Assembly: GCA_965644315.1 (NCBI GenBank)
Contig: CBFFRQ010000030.1
Location: forward strand, 496,001-560,000
From: Caecitellus pseudoparvulus
Lineage: Eukaryota > Protista > Bigyra: Bicosoecida
Length of the DNA: 64,000 nucleotides
Direction: 5' to 3'
Of the stretch, positions 53,978 to 63,858 are shown one piece after another (position 1 is the first letter of the stretch; the number at the start of each line of letters is the position of its first letter). The translations under genes and the position numbers were made by a program. Below the pieces are notes generated by a model. That model saw nothing but the letters and a program-made list of their open reading frames with translations, was not told the origin of the DNA and made no database searches.

Positions 53978-55576
53978 ATGGCTTTGTTCACACAGAAGGA
54001 GCAGTTGCAGCTGGAGGAGCAGACCAGCATGAGCACCGCCCTGAACATGGACGGCAAGCACATGCCCCGGTGGCAGCGCAAGGCGCTGGCCGCTAAGAAG
54101 GCAGGGGAAGCCAACACTACCCCTGTCAAGGGCGCCAAGACGCCATCCCGCACTCCCCGTGCCAAGACGCCTGGCGTAAGTGGCTGGCGCGCTTTGGCCA
54201 CCACGCCAACGGCGGTGACACAAGTGACACAAACGCCCTTTGCGCAGGCTGCTGACCGCTTCATCTCCGCCCGCACCAGCACTGACCTGGATGTGGCTCA
54301 GATGAAGTTGACCATGACCGAGGACAGCGCTGTCGGTGCCGCTGCCGGCACTTTCGGCGCTGCCCTGGGCGGGGAGCTGCTGGCGGGCGGCGAGCGCTGT
54401 GGCGCTGCGGGTGGCGAGGACGCCCGCGTCCTGGCCCTGCGCAGCAAGGCGCCCGCGCCCAAGGAGGGCTACACCAACCACCTGAAGGTGTTGTACTCCC
54501 AGAACCGCGCCGCTGGCGCCGGCAAGCGCAAGGTGACCCGGCACATCCCCTCCGCCCCCGAGCGCATCCTGGACGCCCCAGACATGGTGGACAACTACTA
54601 CCTCAACCTCCTGGACTGGTCCTGCAACAATGTGCTGGCGGTGGCGCTGAACCAGACCGTGTACCTGTGGAACGCTGTGTCTGGCGGCATTGAGGAGCTG
54701 ACCACCGTGGAGGGCGAGGAGGACTATGTCACATCCCTGTCCTGGGTGAAGGAGGGCGGTGGCTACCTGGCCGTTGGCACCAACGGCGCCGAGGTGCAGC
54801 TGTGGGACTGCGAGAAGATGAAGCAGGTGCGGTGCATGAAGGGGCACACTGGCCGTGTGGGGGCTCTGGACTGGAACGGACACACCCTGTCCTCCGGCTC
54901 CAGGGACTCCACTATCCACCACCACGATGTGCGTGTGCGTGACCACCACACTGCCACTCTGGTGGGGCACACCCAGGAGGTGTGTGGCCTCAAGTGGTCC
55001 CCCGACGGCACCCAGCTCGCCTCAGGCGGGAACGACAACCTGCTCTGCATCTGGGACAACACCACCAGCACCAGCCTGCGCACGGTGAAGCCCCGACACA
55101 CGCTGTCAGCGCACCAGGCCGCCGTCAAGGCTCTGGCTTGGTGCCCCTGGCAGCGTGGAACCCTCGCCTCTGGCGGCGGCACCGCTGACCGCACGATGAA
55201 GTTCTGGGACACCCAGTCGGGCTCCCTGCTCAACTCCATCGACACGGGCAGCCAGGTGACGTCCCTGGCGTGGGCACCCCATGACCGGGAGATCCTGTCT
55301 TCCCACGGCTTCAGCCAGAACCAGCTGTCGGTGTGGAAGTACCCCTCCCTGGCCCGTGTCAAGGACTTGACGGGACACACCTCCCGCGTCCTGCACATGG
55401 CCACCTCCCCCGACGGCCAGACGGTCTGCTCCGCTGGCGCTGACGAGACCCTGCGCTTCTGGAAGGTGTTCAGCGCACCCTCCAAGGCCAAGAAGGCTCC
55501 CAGCGCCAGCGCCAGCCAGATCTCGGCCGGCGGCGCACGCACCAGCCGTATGCTGAGCAGCCGAAGCATCCGCTAG
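53978..55576 (+). CDS. CDC20: APC/C activator Cdc20/fizzy
   Basis: C-box DRFI..R, RHIPSAPERILDAP..DNYYLNLLDW, WD40 repeats (HTQEVCGLKWS, AVKALAWCPWQ, GGGTADR) and C-terminal IR tail. In-frame 72-nt intron 54176-54247. Confidence 0.96.
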   Translation: MALFTQKEQLQLEEQTSMSTALNMDGKHMPRWQRKALAAKKAGEANTTPVKGAKTPSRTPRAKTPGVSGWRALATTPTAVTQVTQTPFAQAADRFISARTSTDLDVAQMKLTMTEDSAVGAAAGTFGAALGGELLAGGERCGAAGGEDARVLALRSKAPAPKEGYTNHLKVLYSQNRAAGAGKRKVTRHIPSAPERILDAPDMVDNYYLNLLDWSCNNVLAVALNQTVYLWNAVSGGIEELTTVEGEEDYVTSLSWVKEGGGYLAVGTNGAEVQLWDCEKMKQVRCMKGHTGRVGALDWNGHTLSSGSRDSTIHHHDVRVRDHHTATLVGHTQEVCGLKWSPDGTQLASGGNDNLLCIWDNTTSTSLRTVKPRHTLSAHQAAVKALAWCPWQRGTLASGGGTADRTMKFWDTQSGSLLNSIDTGSQVTSLAWAPHDREILSSHGFSQNQLSVWKYPSLARVKDLTGHTSRVLHMATSPDGQTVCSAGADETLRFWKVFSAPSKAKKAPSASASQISAGGARTSRMLSSRSIR

Positions 55577-56011
55577 GCCCTTGAGCTTGCACGCCCCCTA
55601 ACTCCTCTCTTGTGACCTCGTACTCGCCCGCTTCACCGCTTTGTTGTTTGTGTTTGTCCCTGCGTTTGCTTGCTTCGCCCGCACCTATGTTAGGCTCTCC
55701 TCTGTTTAGCCGTCTCGCTCACCCTGCCACTCCGCAAGAGCTGCACGCCACTCAAGCCCGTGGGTTTCGTGGCGGGGTCATCCCCTGTGGCTGCAGCCAC
55801 ATTTTACTCCCCCACTTCATCCTTGCTTCGCTCTGCCTCGCACCGACCGCGTCACCACCCCCCTCCACAGAGGCCTGCTGCCGCCCGGCAGTGGGCTTTG
55901 CTTCAAAACAATGCAAATGTAACCACAAATACTTTCAGTAGGGCGTGTGAAGCTGTCTGCACTGCCTAGGCGCCCTGGGGCACTCGCCACATCAGGAGCA
56001 CTTCATCGCGT

Positions 56012-56022
56012 GCGGAAATTGC
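56012..56022 (+). promoter_or_regulatory. GCGGAAATTGC motif copy just upstream of the JMJD6 ATG
   Basis: Exact copy 15 bp before the start codon. Confidence 0.45.
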
Positions 56023-56037
56023 ACACGCACAGGCGAC

Positions 56038-57662
56038 ATGGCTGCACAAGGTGCCGCGCTGGAGAGCAAGAGCTCGAGGGGCAGCAGCCTGCTGTTTGGG
56101 GAGATGAAGAAGCACGATCGCAACATCATTGAAAAAGCCAAGGTGCGTGCCTACTCTGCCCCATGCCCGGCCCTGCCGTGTGCTCCGCACTGCACGCTGC
56201 GTACCTGGTCCGCCTTTGCAGGAGCGGTGTCGAACAGGTGGGGAGAGCGGCATTGCAGCCTGGCACGGCAGTGGCGGTCCATGTGTGTCAAGGTGCTTGT
56301 GTGGCACTGCCTGATCCGCCCCTGTCTGTGCAGATCTGGACCTGGAGGAGTGGTGGCGCCAGGGGCACGCAGCTCACCCGGAGCGTGTAGCAGAGGTGCC
56401 AGGTGCAGGGCACCTGCCCCGCGTGCACGTGGACTCCTGCTCGCGTGAGGACTTCATTGCGCACTTTGAGGCGCCGAACGTGCCGTGTGTCATTGACGGC
56501 ATCGTGGACAAGTGGCCCGCAGCGACGGAGTGGACGCTGCCCAAGCTGTTCGAGAAGTATCGACACCGGCGCTTCAAGTGCGGCGAGGACGACGACGGGA
56601 ACCAGGTCAAGGTCAAGCTCAAGTACTTTCTCAGGTACTTGGAGCACCAGAAGGGTGGGTGGCGCCCAGGCCCACTGCTGAGCACTCGCTCATCGTCGCA
56701 CCCCTGTCCTTCCGTCGCGCGTTGCAGATGACTCGCCCATGTACATCTTCGACAGCAACTTCCCGGACGACGAGAAGGCCAAGGATCTCATGGAGGACTT
56801 CACCGTCCCCGAGTACTTCTCCGATGACCTGTTTAAGCTGGTGGGGGAGGGGTTGCGCCCGCCGTACCGCTGGTTCCTCATCGGCCCGAAACGCTCCGGC
56901 ACCAGCACACACGTAGACCCACTGAACACCAGCGCCTGGAACGCACTCATTTCAGGGCGCAAGCGGTGGATCCTCTTCCCTCCGCACACCCCCAAGCGCT
57001 TCGCCAAGGCCAAGGCCTGGCAGGACCGCAAGGCCGGGGAGGATGACGAAGCCATTGACTTTTTCAATTTCCACCTGCCGCGTGCGCTGGCGGCTGCCGA
57101 GGCGGAGGGCGTCCCCCTGCAGTACATCGACTACGTGCAGCAGCCAGGGGAGACCATGTTCGTGCCTGGTGGCTGGTGGCATGCGGTGCTGAACCTAGAC
57201 GACACGGTGGCTGTGACGCAGAACTTCTGCTCGCGCACCAACTTTCCGCGCGTCTGGCTCTCAACGCGAGTGGGGCGCAAGCGCATGGCACGCAGGTGGC
57301 TGCCCCTGCTGGAGAAGGACTGGCCTGCACAAGCTGAGGTGGCCCACGCACTGAACCGGCGAGACGGCTTCAGTATGCAGCCACGCCCAGAAGAGGTGGC
57401 GAGGGCACACGCGCGCAAGCAACGCGCCGCTGCCCGAGCAGCCCGGCGCGCAGCGGCTGGCACTGGCGCGGGCAGTGCCAGTGACAGCACGTCTTCCGAC
57501 AGCAGCGACACTTCGGACAGCGACTCAGACATTGACATTGGCACGCCAGGGGCCTTGGCAGGGGGCCCCCCCTCGCCTTGGGGGGGGCACATCCTGCCAG
57601 GTGTGGTGCAGGCCACTGGCGACATGGTCATGCGCCTGGCTACTCCAGGGCAGCAGCAGTGA
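56038..57662 (+). CDS. JMJD6: JmjC-domain hydroxylase JMJD6/PSR
   Basis: FKCGEDDDG..VK.KLKYF..Y, DDSPMYIFDS, RPPYRWF.IGP.RSGT.THVDPL.TSAWN, PGETMFVPGGWWHAVLNLD.T.AVTQNF and a poly-Ser C-region. Two introns. Confidence 0.94.
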
Positions 57663-57752
57663 CCGAGGCCGCCGGTGAACAATACACTTCCCACCTAGGA
57701 CACCCAGCTCACTGGTTTGATGGCAGGCAGCTGATCCCGCACCGCGCTCGTC

Positions 57753-58682
57753 ATGGCTGCAGGGGAGGGCGGGTACAAGGCCCGCATGTCGGGCAAGACT
57801 GTGGAGGAGCTGCAGCTCATCGACTTTGAGGAGTCCGCAGAGCTGGTACGGCGCCGGGTGCGCTGCCCCATGCGAACCACCTGTGGCCTTACTGTTCACG
57901 TTGCTTCCTGCAGGCTGGAGGGGGCGAGCGCGACGTTGTTGGACTGGTGTCCCTCCTCGCCATGTGCGTCGGGCAGTGTGCGGCTTTTGACGGCGCTCCG
58001 CTGGCTGCGTGCTCCCTCGCCGACACACACCGGCACCCTGCCTCCCCGGCGTGAACACGCAGCTGCTTTGGAGAGATCCAGGACCAGTGCAGGTGCATCT
58101 TGCAAGGCGCCCTCGCGCACGTGAAGGAGGGAGCCACGACCCGCGCTCTCGTGGAAGAACCAGACAAGCCACGGAGCATAGCATACGTGCGAACAGCAGC
58201 AGGCTGAGCATGCGCGCTGCACGACGCCACCAGGACACGACCCGCCTGCACAGTTTGTCCGGTTCTACGCCCACAAGCTGAAGAGCACGGCCGGTGCCAC
58301 ACTGCTGTGGCGCCTGGCCAAAGCTGCGGAGCAAGTGGAGCTGCCCCTCAAAGCAGCCACCATCGACGAAGACAGCACGAACACCCCCGACACGCCTACG
58401 TCAGTTGCGGCTTGTGATGCACAGTTTCGGGGGGGCGCACCGCTGCTGGTGACCATGGTGGAGGAGGCAGTGGCTGCGCTGCGTTTCATCTCCGGGCCCA
58501 TGTGGGAGCACTTGGACGAAGATGAAACGGCGGACGCAAAGGAGGAGCTGGAGGATGACGACGAAGCCGGTGACATTGGACCCGAGGCTGCCAAGGCTGC
58601 TGAGGAGGAGCTGCGTGGCTTGCTGGCTGCTGTGTTAGAGGAAGGCGGAGATGGTGCCGCCGAGGCAGGCGGCTCAGAGTGA
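57753..58682 (+). CDS. Stand-alone histidine phosphotransfer (HPt) protein, YPD1/AHP-like, 4 exons (~231 aa)
   Basis: Exons 57753-57845, 57914-57963, 58063-58186 and 58254-58682 join in frame through GT-AG introns. Product has LIDFEESAELAGG..LVSLLAICFGEIQDQ (HPt N-helices) and VRFYAHKLKSTAGATLLWRLAKAAEQVE (HPt H-box; His codon 58272-58274). Confidence 0.75.
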
Positions 58683-59256
58683 GCCGGGAGCTGGGCGGAT
58701 GCGCTCTGCCGCGAGGAGTGGGGGGGTGCAAAGCTCGCAAGTGGTGTCCACTTCGTGTTCAGTGAGAAGCGCTGCGATGCCGTGGCATGAGGCGGCGTTG
58801 TTCGCCGGCCTGTCGGAGCTAGGTGCCAGCGACCGGGGTAACGGCAGCTTCAAGTCACGGCGAAGGAGGCACGTGATCCCGCCCCTGGCACATGTGAGGG
58901 AGGGCAGGCAATGTGAGAGGAAGCAGTGCCCTGCGGGTCTCGCGCCCGCCTCACAGGGTTTGGGTGGGGGCGTGTTACGCAGGTGGAGGCACGAGAACCA
59001 CCCAGGCAGCCGTACCCTGCCGGCAGCCTTGCCTGTTCGAGGGCGTTCAGGAACACCACTCTTCGTGCTCGGAAATATTTAATCCATCCACCGTCCGCTG
59101 CACGCCACTGCGCGCCCACTTTCCCCGCCCCACCCCCATTTCGAGCCTGCCTAAGCAGCAGCTGCCGCACTGACGCTGCGCCGGAAATTGGGCGGAAGGT
59201 GCGGTATTTGACGCCTTCCACCTCCGTTTCCAAGCGCCCCCAGCCCACAGTCGAAG

Positions 59257-60898
59257 ATGAAGTTCGGAAAACTGATTCTTGATGTCCAAGCCCTGAGCTT
59301 GGAGGCTTGGCGGCCGGGTTTCATGGATTACAAGGCCTTGAAGAAGGTCCTCAAGGCAGCTCGCCCGAAGCCAGCGGATGTTGCGCCGTCACAGCTCGCC
59401 AGCCAGCTCGGTGAGTGCCTGCATCACGAAGCAGGGGGCGTTACGGGGTGCTTCGAGGGTGCTACTTGCCGCCTACCGCGTGAGCGGGGGTCCCCGGCCC
59501 CTCCAGCAGCCCCTGACCAAGCCGAGATTCGCACTGGCAAGCCCTCCTCTTTGCCACACGCAGCCACCTGCCCTGAAGAGGTGCAGTTCTTCACCATGCT
59601 TAAGGCAGAGCTGCAGAAGGTGTCTGACTTCTACTTGGTGTGCGAGAACGAGATGCTGGCGCGGTACAAGGAGCTGGTGGGCTCCTTGACCATGTACAAG
59701 GTGCGGCGGCGGCGTGGCGTTTCGGCGTGCTTCTGCCCGGCTGACCCACCAGCGAACCACGCCTTGCACGCAGGAAGGGCTCAAGGCTGCCAGCAGCAGC
59801 GATGGCATCCCCCTCCTGCAGTCTGTCGTGCAGTTTTACATGGACTTGCTGCTGCTTGAGAACTTCGCGGTCATTAACTACTGCGGCTTCGGCAAGATCC
59901 TCAAGAAGCACGACAAGGTCACAGGCTACGTCACGAAGGAGCCGTACATGCAGCGCATGGTGAACCCGCAGGAGTTCACGACGTACCCCCGCCTCATGAA
60001 GATGCTGCGCCACACAGAGCAGAGCTACCAGCTCCTCCTGCATTCCTTCCCCTCCTCCTCCCGGGCAGGGCTGCTCAGCTCGGAGAGCCAAGCACGCCTG
60101 CGGAAACTGGAGGAAGCCAAGGCCCACAGCGCCGCACAGAAGGCGTCGGAGACGGCCAGTCTGTCAGCGTCAGAAGGCAGGGCCAGCCCCGCACAGCCTG
60201 CCATGCAGCCCATGGCGCCCTCGCCCACTGGCAGCGCGGGCAGTGGCGCGCCCACGCCCAGCCACACAGCTGGCGCCGCAGGGGCAGGGGGCGCCCATGA
60301 GCGCATGGAGCTGGGGGCACACCCCCACAGCGTCCTGCATGGGGGGGGCAGCTCCGCTGGGCACTCCATGCCCAGCGCCCTCAAGACCAACCGCCACGCC
60401 GCTGCACCTCTGCAGGAGGTGGAGCTGTCTGCGGCACAGGCCCTCGTCGCCGTCGCGGCCGACGCGCAGAGCAGCAAGGGCGGCAGCATCGCCTCTGCCA
60501 CCCTACACCCGCAGCCCCTCGCCGTGTCCACGGGCATGACGGCAGGCATGCCTGGCGGCTTCCACGCCATGCCCGCCCCCGCCCCCTACGCCGCATCCCC
60601 CTACACCCATGCCAGCATGGGGTACGGCCCCCCACATGGGTACCCCCAGGCGCCGCCGCACCCGGGCTACGCCGCGCCCCAAACCTTCAACCCCAGCCCT
60701 CGATCCTACCAGCCCCCGCCCATGCTGCCCCCTGGCCAGGGCGGCGGTTACTACCCACAGTCAAGCTACGCCATGCCCGCCATGGCGCAGCCTCAGGCGG
60801 GTGTGTACGGGGCTACGCCCCCTCATGCCCACCGCATGCACCCCATGGGGGGTTATGCCCCCCCTCAGCCTTCCATGCAGGGCTGGCATGTGCAATGA
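59257..60898 (+). CDS. SPX: Stand-alone SPX-domain protein with long disordered P/Y/Q/M-rich tail (~471 aa)
   Basis: MKFGK, FMDYKALKKVLK, FF.MLKAELQKVSDFY and LLLLENFAVINYCGFGKILKKHDK. Introns 59411-59563 and 59701-59773. Confidence 0.94.
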
Positions 60899-61046
60899 GA
60901 AGCCTCGAGCTGCTCACGCACCGCTGCCAGCCGCCCCCAACTCAACCGTGATGAGTGTGTGTTCCAGTGTTCCACCCACCCCCAAGCCCACGCGTGCCCA
61001 AGTGCCGTGACAGTGCAGTCTTCAGTGATTCATCAATGCAATTTGG

Positions 61047-63368
61047 TTATGTGAAGTCGCTGCAGGGCTGCAGCGAGTGCAGCAGGCGCCCCCACAGCCA
61101 CGCCGCCTGCTGGGACGGGTCAGCGCCGAAGCCCAGCAGCCCAGCAGGCCGCCACATGCCCGCTTGGGGCCCGGGCGGAGGCGACTCGGCCATGCGGCTG
61201 CGCACACTCAGCTGGTACAGCTGAGCCATGGCACGTGGGTGCTCCATGGCGAAGTCGGGGCCGAAGCACTTTCGGGAGGTGCCGCCGTCCCCCCGTGACA
61301 CGCCCAGCACCAGCACCGCATCCATGACGAGGTCTGGGGCCACGGGTGGCGCCAGCGTGCGCTGCACGGCGTTCGCCACGGCCTGGCGCACAAACTCCCC
61401 GCAGGGGTTCCACGCGGGGCCTGCCAGGTGCCGCAGGACACACTGTGCTTGGCCCAGGGTTGTCAGGGTGGTGATGGCGGTTTGCACCTTGTGCAGGAGG
61501 CGGGTGATGGGCCCAGCCTCCCCCGTCGCCGACCCGCGCAGTGACACGTGCTCCTCCGACCCAGCTGCCGCCGCGATGTGGTGCACGACGACCACTCGCA
61601 ACACGTCCATGACGGCGCCAGTCAGGGAGGGGTGCCAGGAAGCCAGTGTGGGAAGCCCTTCCACCATTTGCTGTGCCTGGCGCTGTCTGGACTCCTCGTA
61701 CCGCCCGCTGCGCGCCGTGCATGCCTGCTGCAGGGCCTCCAGCAGCATGCAGCTGGCGATGGGGCAGGAGCGAGCAGCACGCAACACGTCCAGCGCCGAC
61801 TGCGGTGCCAGCCAGCCCAAGCAGGGCTGAGGTGGGTCGACTTTGGATGCCTTGACGAGGGGCGTGTCCGCCGCCACGCCAGGCGCCAGCAGCACGGCCG
61901 ACTCCGCCGCCGTGCCCAGGGCAATGGCACTGTGCATGGCCATCACGGCCTGCACGTGCACGTCCACAGCTGGGCCCTGCGTGTGTGTCAGCGCCGCGAC
62001 GCCAGCTCGCAGGGCTGGGGCGGCATCGGGCCCGCCCGCCACTGCCCAAGTGTCAGCCCAGCCGGTGGGCATGGTGGCGTGCCCGGCGCCCGTGCTGGCC
62101 GCTTGGCTGTCTGCACTGACGCCCGCCATGGAAGAGGGCGAGGCAGAGGGCAGGCCGTGCGTTTCAGCGTACCGTAACGCTTCCTCGGCATGGCGCAGGG
62201 CCCAGTCGCCCACCTCCCGCCACGAGGGCAGAGGGGGCAGGGCGCTGGGGGGAGGTGCCTCTGGCACTCGAGTGCTCACCCGGTCCAGCCACCGCAGCAT
62301 GAGGTGTGTGGGGGTGGTGGCGTCGTCGTCGCCGCCACGCCACACGCCCCACGGCACAGCCTGCACCGCTGCGAGGGGGGGTGCCTGCGAACTGCGTGTC
62401 CCCGGCAGGGCTGACTCCTGCAGACTCAGGCTGTGGGCCACTCGCAGCAGGGCGCCATGCGTCGCCTGCAGTGCCGAGTGGGGGCGGCACAGTGCGAAGG
62501 GGGCTGGCACGCTGGCCTCTCCCAACACACTGCCTCGCAGGCCACGCGCGACACTGTGCAGGCGGTGCGTCAACATCACGCACAGCGCCGAGGTGATGGT
62601 GGGCAGGTGCAGGCGCAGGTGTGGCGCTGTGAGCACTGGCGGCACATTGGCCGCCGGGGGCGCCAAGCGACGGTTCAGCGCCGCACTGCCCACCACGTGC
62701 AGCAGCACGGCAGTATGGTCGTGTACCCCCCGCTCCCGCACCAGGTGCTGAGGCAGGGAGAAGGGCACGTGCGCCCTGAAGCCACGCGCACCCACCAACC
62801 AGTCCAGCAGGGTCACGCGCTTGCCCCCTGAGGCCTTGCGTGCCAGGCTAAAGATGAGCGTGCCCACAGCTGAGTGGGCTGGGCGCAGCAGCTCGGCTTG
62901 CAGGGCCGGGTCCTGGGACACGACGGACGCCACACGCTCGCCCTCGCCGTCTGCGTCCAGGGCCCGGTCCAGCGCCGCCATGAGCCGCATGAGCAGGTGT
63001 TCCCGTGCCTCGGCATCGCTGCCGTGGGAGGCGGCACTCCAGGCGCTGGCCAGTCCCATGACGGCACGTAGCTTGCTGCCGATGCCGGAGTAGCCGTCAC
63101 GCACTGAGATGGCGACCTCCCGCTGCCGGCCCTTGGCCTCACGCATGAGCTTGGGGATGGTCCGCTTGGCGTCTGCTTCCAGCACCAGCTCCTCTGGCAC
63201 GGCGCTGGTGGTGCGGGCAGCGCTGCCTCGGCTCAGAACTGCGCAGGGACGAAACGGCGTGCACAACCTGCGCCAGTGCCCTGGGCACAAGAAACGTAAC
63301 GCACTCTGAGCCACAGCTTCATGGTGTGTGGAAACGGGGGCCTGCAGAGCCGCTGCCCAGGACTCCAT
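61047..63368 (-). CDS. Negative elongation factor C/D (TH1)-like helical protein, divergent
   Basis: Recalled TH1-like patterns: AISVRDGYSG, TLIFSLA..LLDWL, CPIASCMLL, LASWHPSL..V.DVL, LTTLGQAQCVL and FVRQAV..TLAPPVAPDLV. Start is either 63368 or 63497. Confidence 0.5.
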   Translation of the reverse strand: MESWAAALQAPVSTHHEAVAQSALRFLCPGHWRRLCTPFRPCAVLSRGSAARTTSAVPEELVLEADAKRTIPKLMREAKGRQREVAISVRDGYSGIGSKLRAVMGLASAWSAASHGSDAEAREHLLMRLMAALDRALDADGEGERVASVVSQDPALQAELLRPAHSAVGTLIFSLARKASGGKRVTLLDWLVGARGFRAHVPFSLPQHLVRERGVHDHTAVLLHVVGSAALNRRLAPPAANVPPVLTAPHLRLHLPTITSALCVMLTHRLHSVARGLRGSVLGEASVPAPFALCRPHSALQATHGALLRVAHSLSLQESALPGTRSSQAPPLAAVQAVPWGVWRGGDDDATTPTHLMLRWLDRVSTRVPEAPPPSALPPLPSWREVGDWALRHAEEALRYAETHGLPSASPSSMAGVSADSQAASTGAGHATMPTGWADTWAVAGGPDAAPALRAGVAALTHTQGPAVDVHVQAVMAMHSAIALGTAAESAVLLAPGVAADTPLVKASKVDPPQPCLGWLAPQSALDVLRAARSCPIASCMLLEALQQACTARSGRYEESRQRQAQQMVEGLPTLASWHPSLTGAVMDVLRVVVVHHIAAAAGSEEHVSLRGSATGEAGPITRLLHKVQTAITTLTTLGQAQCVLRHLAGPAWNPCGEFVRQAVANAVQRTLAPPVAPDLVMDAVLVLGVSRGDGGTSRKCFGPDFAMEHPRAMAQLYQLSVRSRMAESPPPGPQAGMWRPAGLLGFGADPSQQAAWLWGRLLHSLQPCSDFT

Positions 63369-63380
63369 GCCCGGCACCCT

Positions 63381-63391
63381 GCGGAAATTGC
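63381..63391 (+). promoter_or_regulatory. GCGGAAATTGC motif copy in the divergent NELF-like/GARP promoter
   Basis: Exact copy 12 bp from the ATG at 63368. Confidence 0.45.
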
Positions 63392-63858
63392 CTGCCTGTC
63401 CACAAGGCTTCACCTGCTCCGCCCCCCTGCGCCTACCAGCACACGCCCCAGCATACAGGGTGGTTCCATCCAGGCCTGCAGGTAGTCCCTCTTGCATGTC
63501 CGGATTTTTTCATTGCGCCCGACTGCAGTGGAAAATCAGCAGCCAGCCTGGCCACTGGCTCACTCACGGCAGACAGCCCCAATCGCCAGCCAGACGGTGC
63601 AGGGCCGAGCGAAAGTCGTCGCCGCCACAATGCCACCGCGCACAAATCCTCGCACCCCCCATCGCCATGCGTGCGGCAGCCACCTGTCCGTGTGCCAGCT
63701 GCCCACCACGAGTGCCGGAGGCAGCTTTGAAGCCTCGCGCTCTCCAGCTTCGTGACTGGCAGCGAGGCAGCTCTGTGAAAGGCGCAAAGGAGCACGGCTG
63801 GGCTTCACCGGCTGCTGTGCAGCCCAAGCCCTGTCCCCCTCTTCACACTGGCCTCACC

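Noticed and set aside
54176-54247. Apparent 24-aa insertion in CDC20
   Set aside because: It is a canonical GTAAGT...GCAG intron that happens to be in frame.
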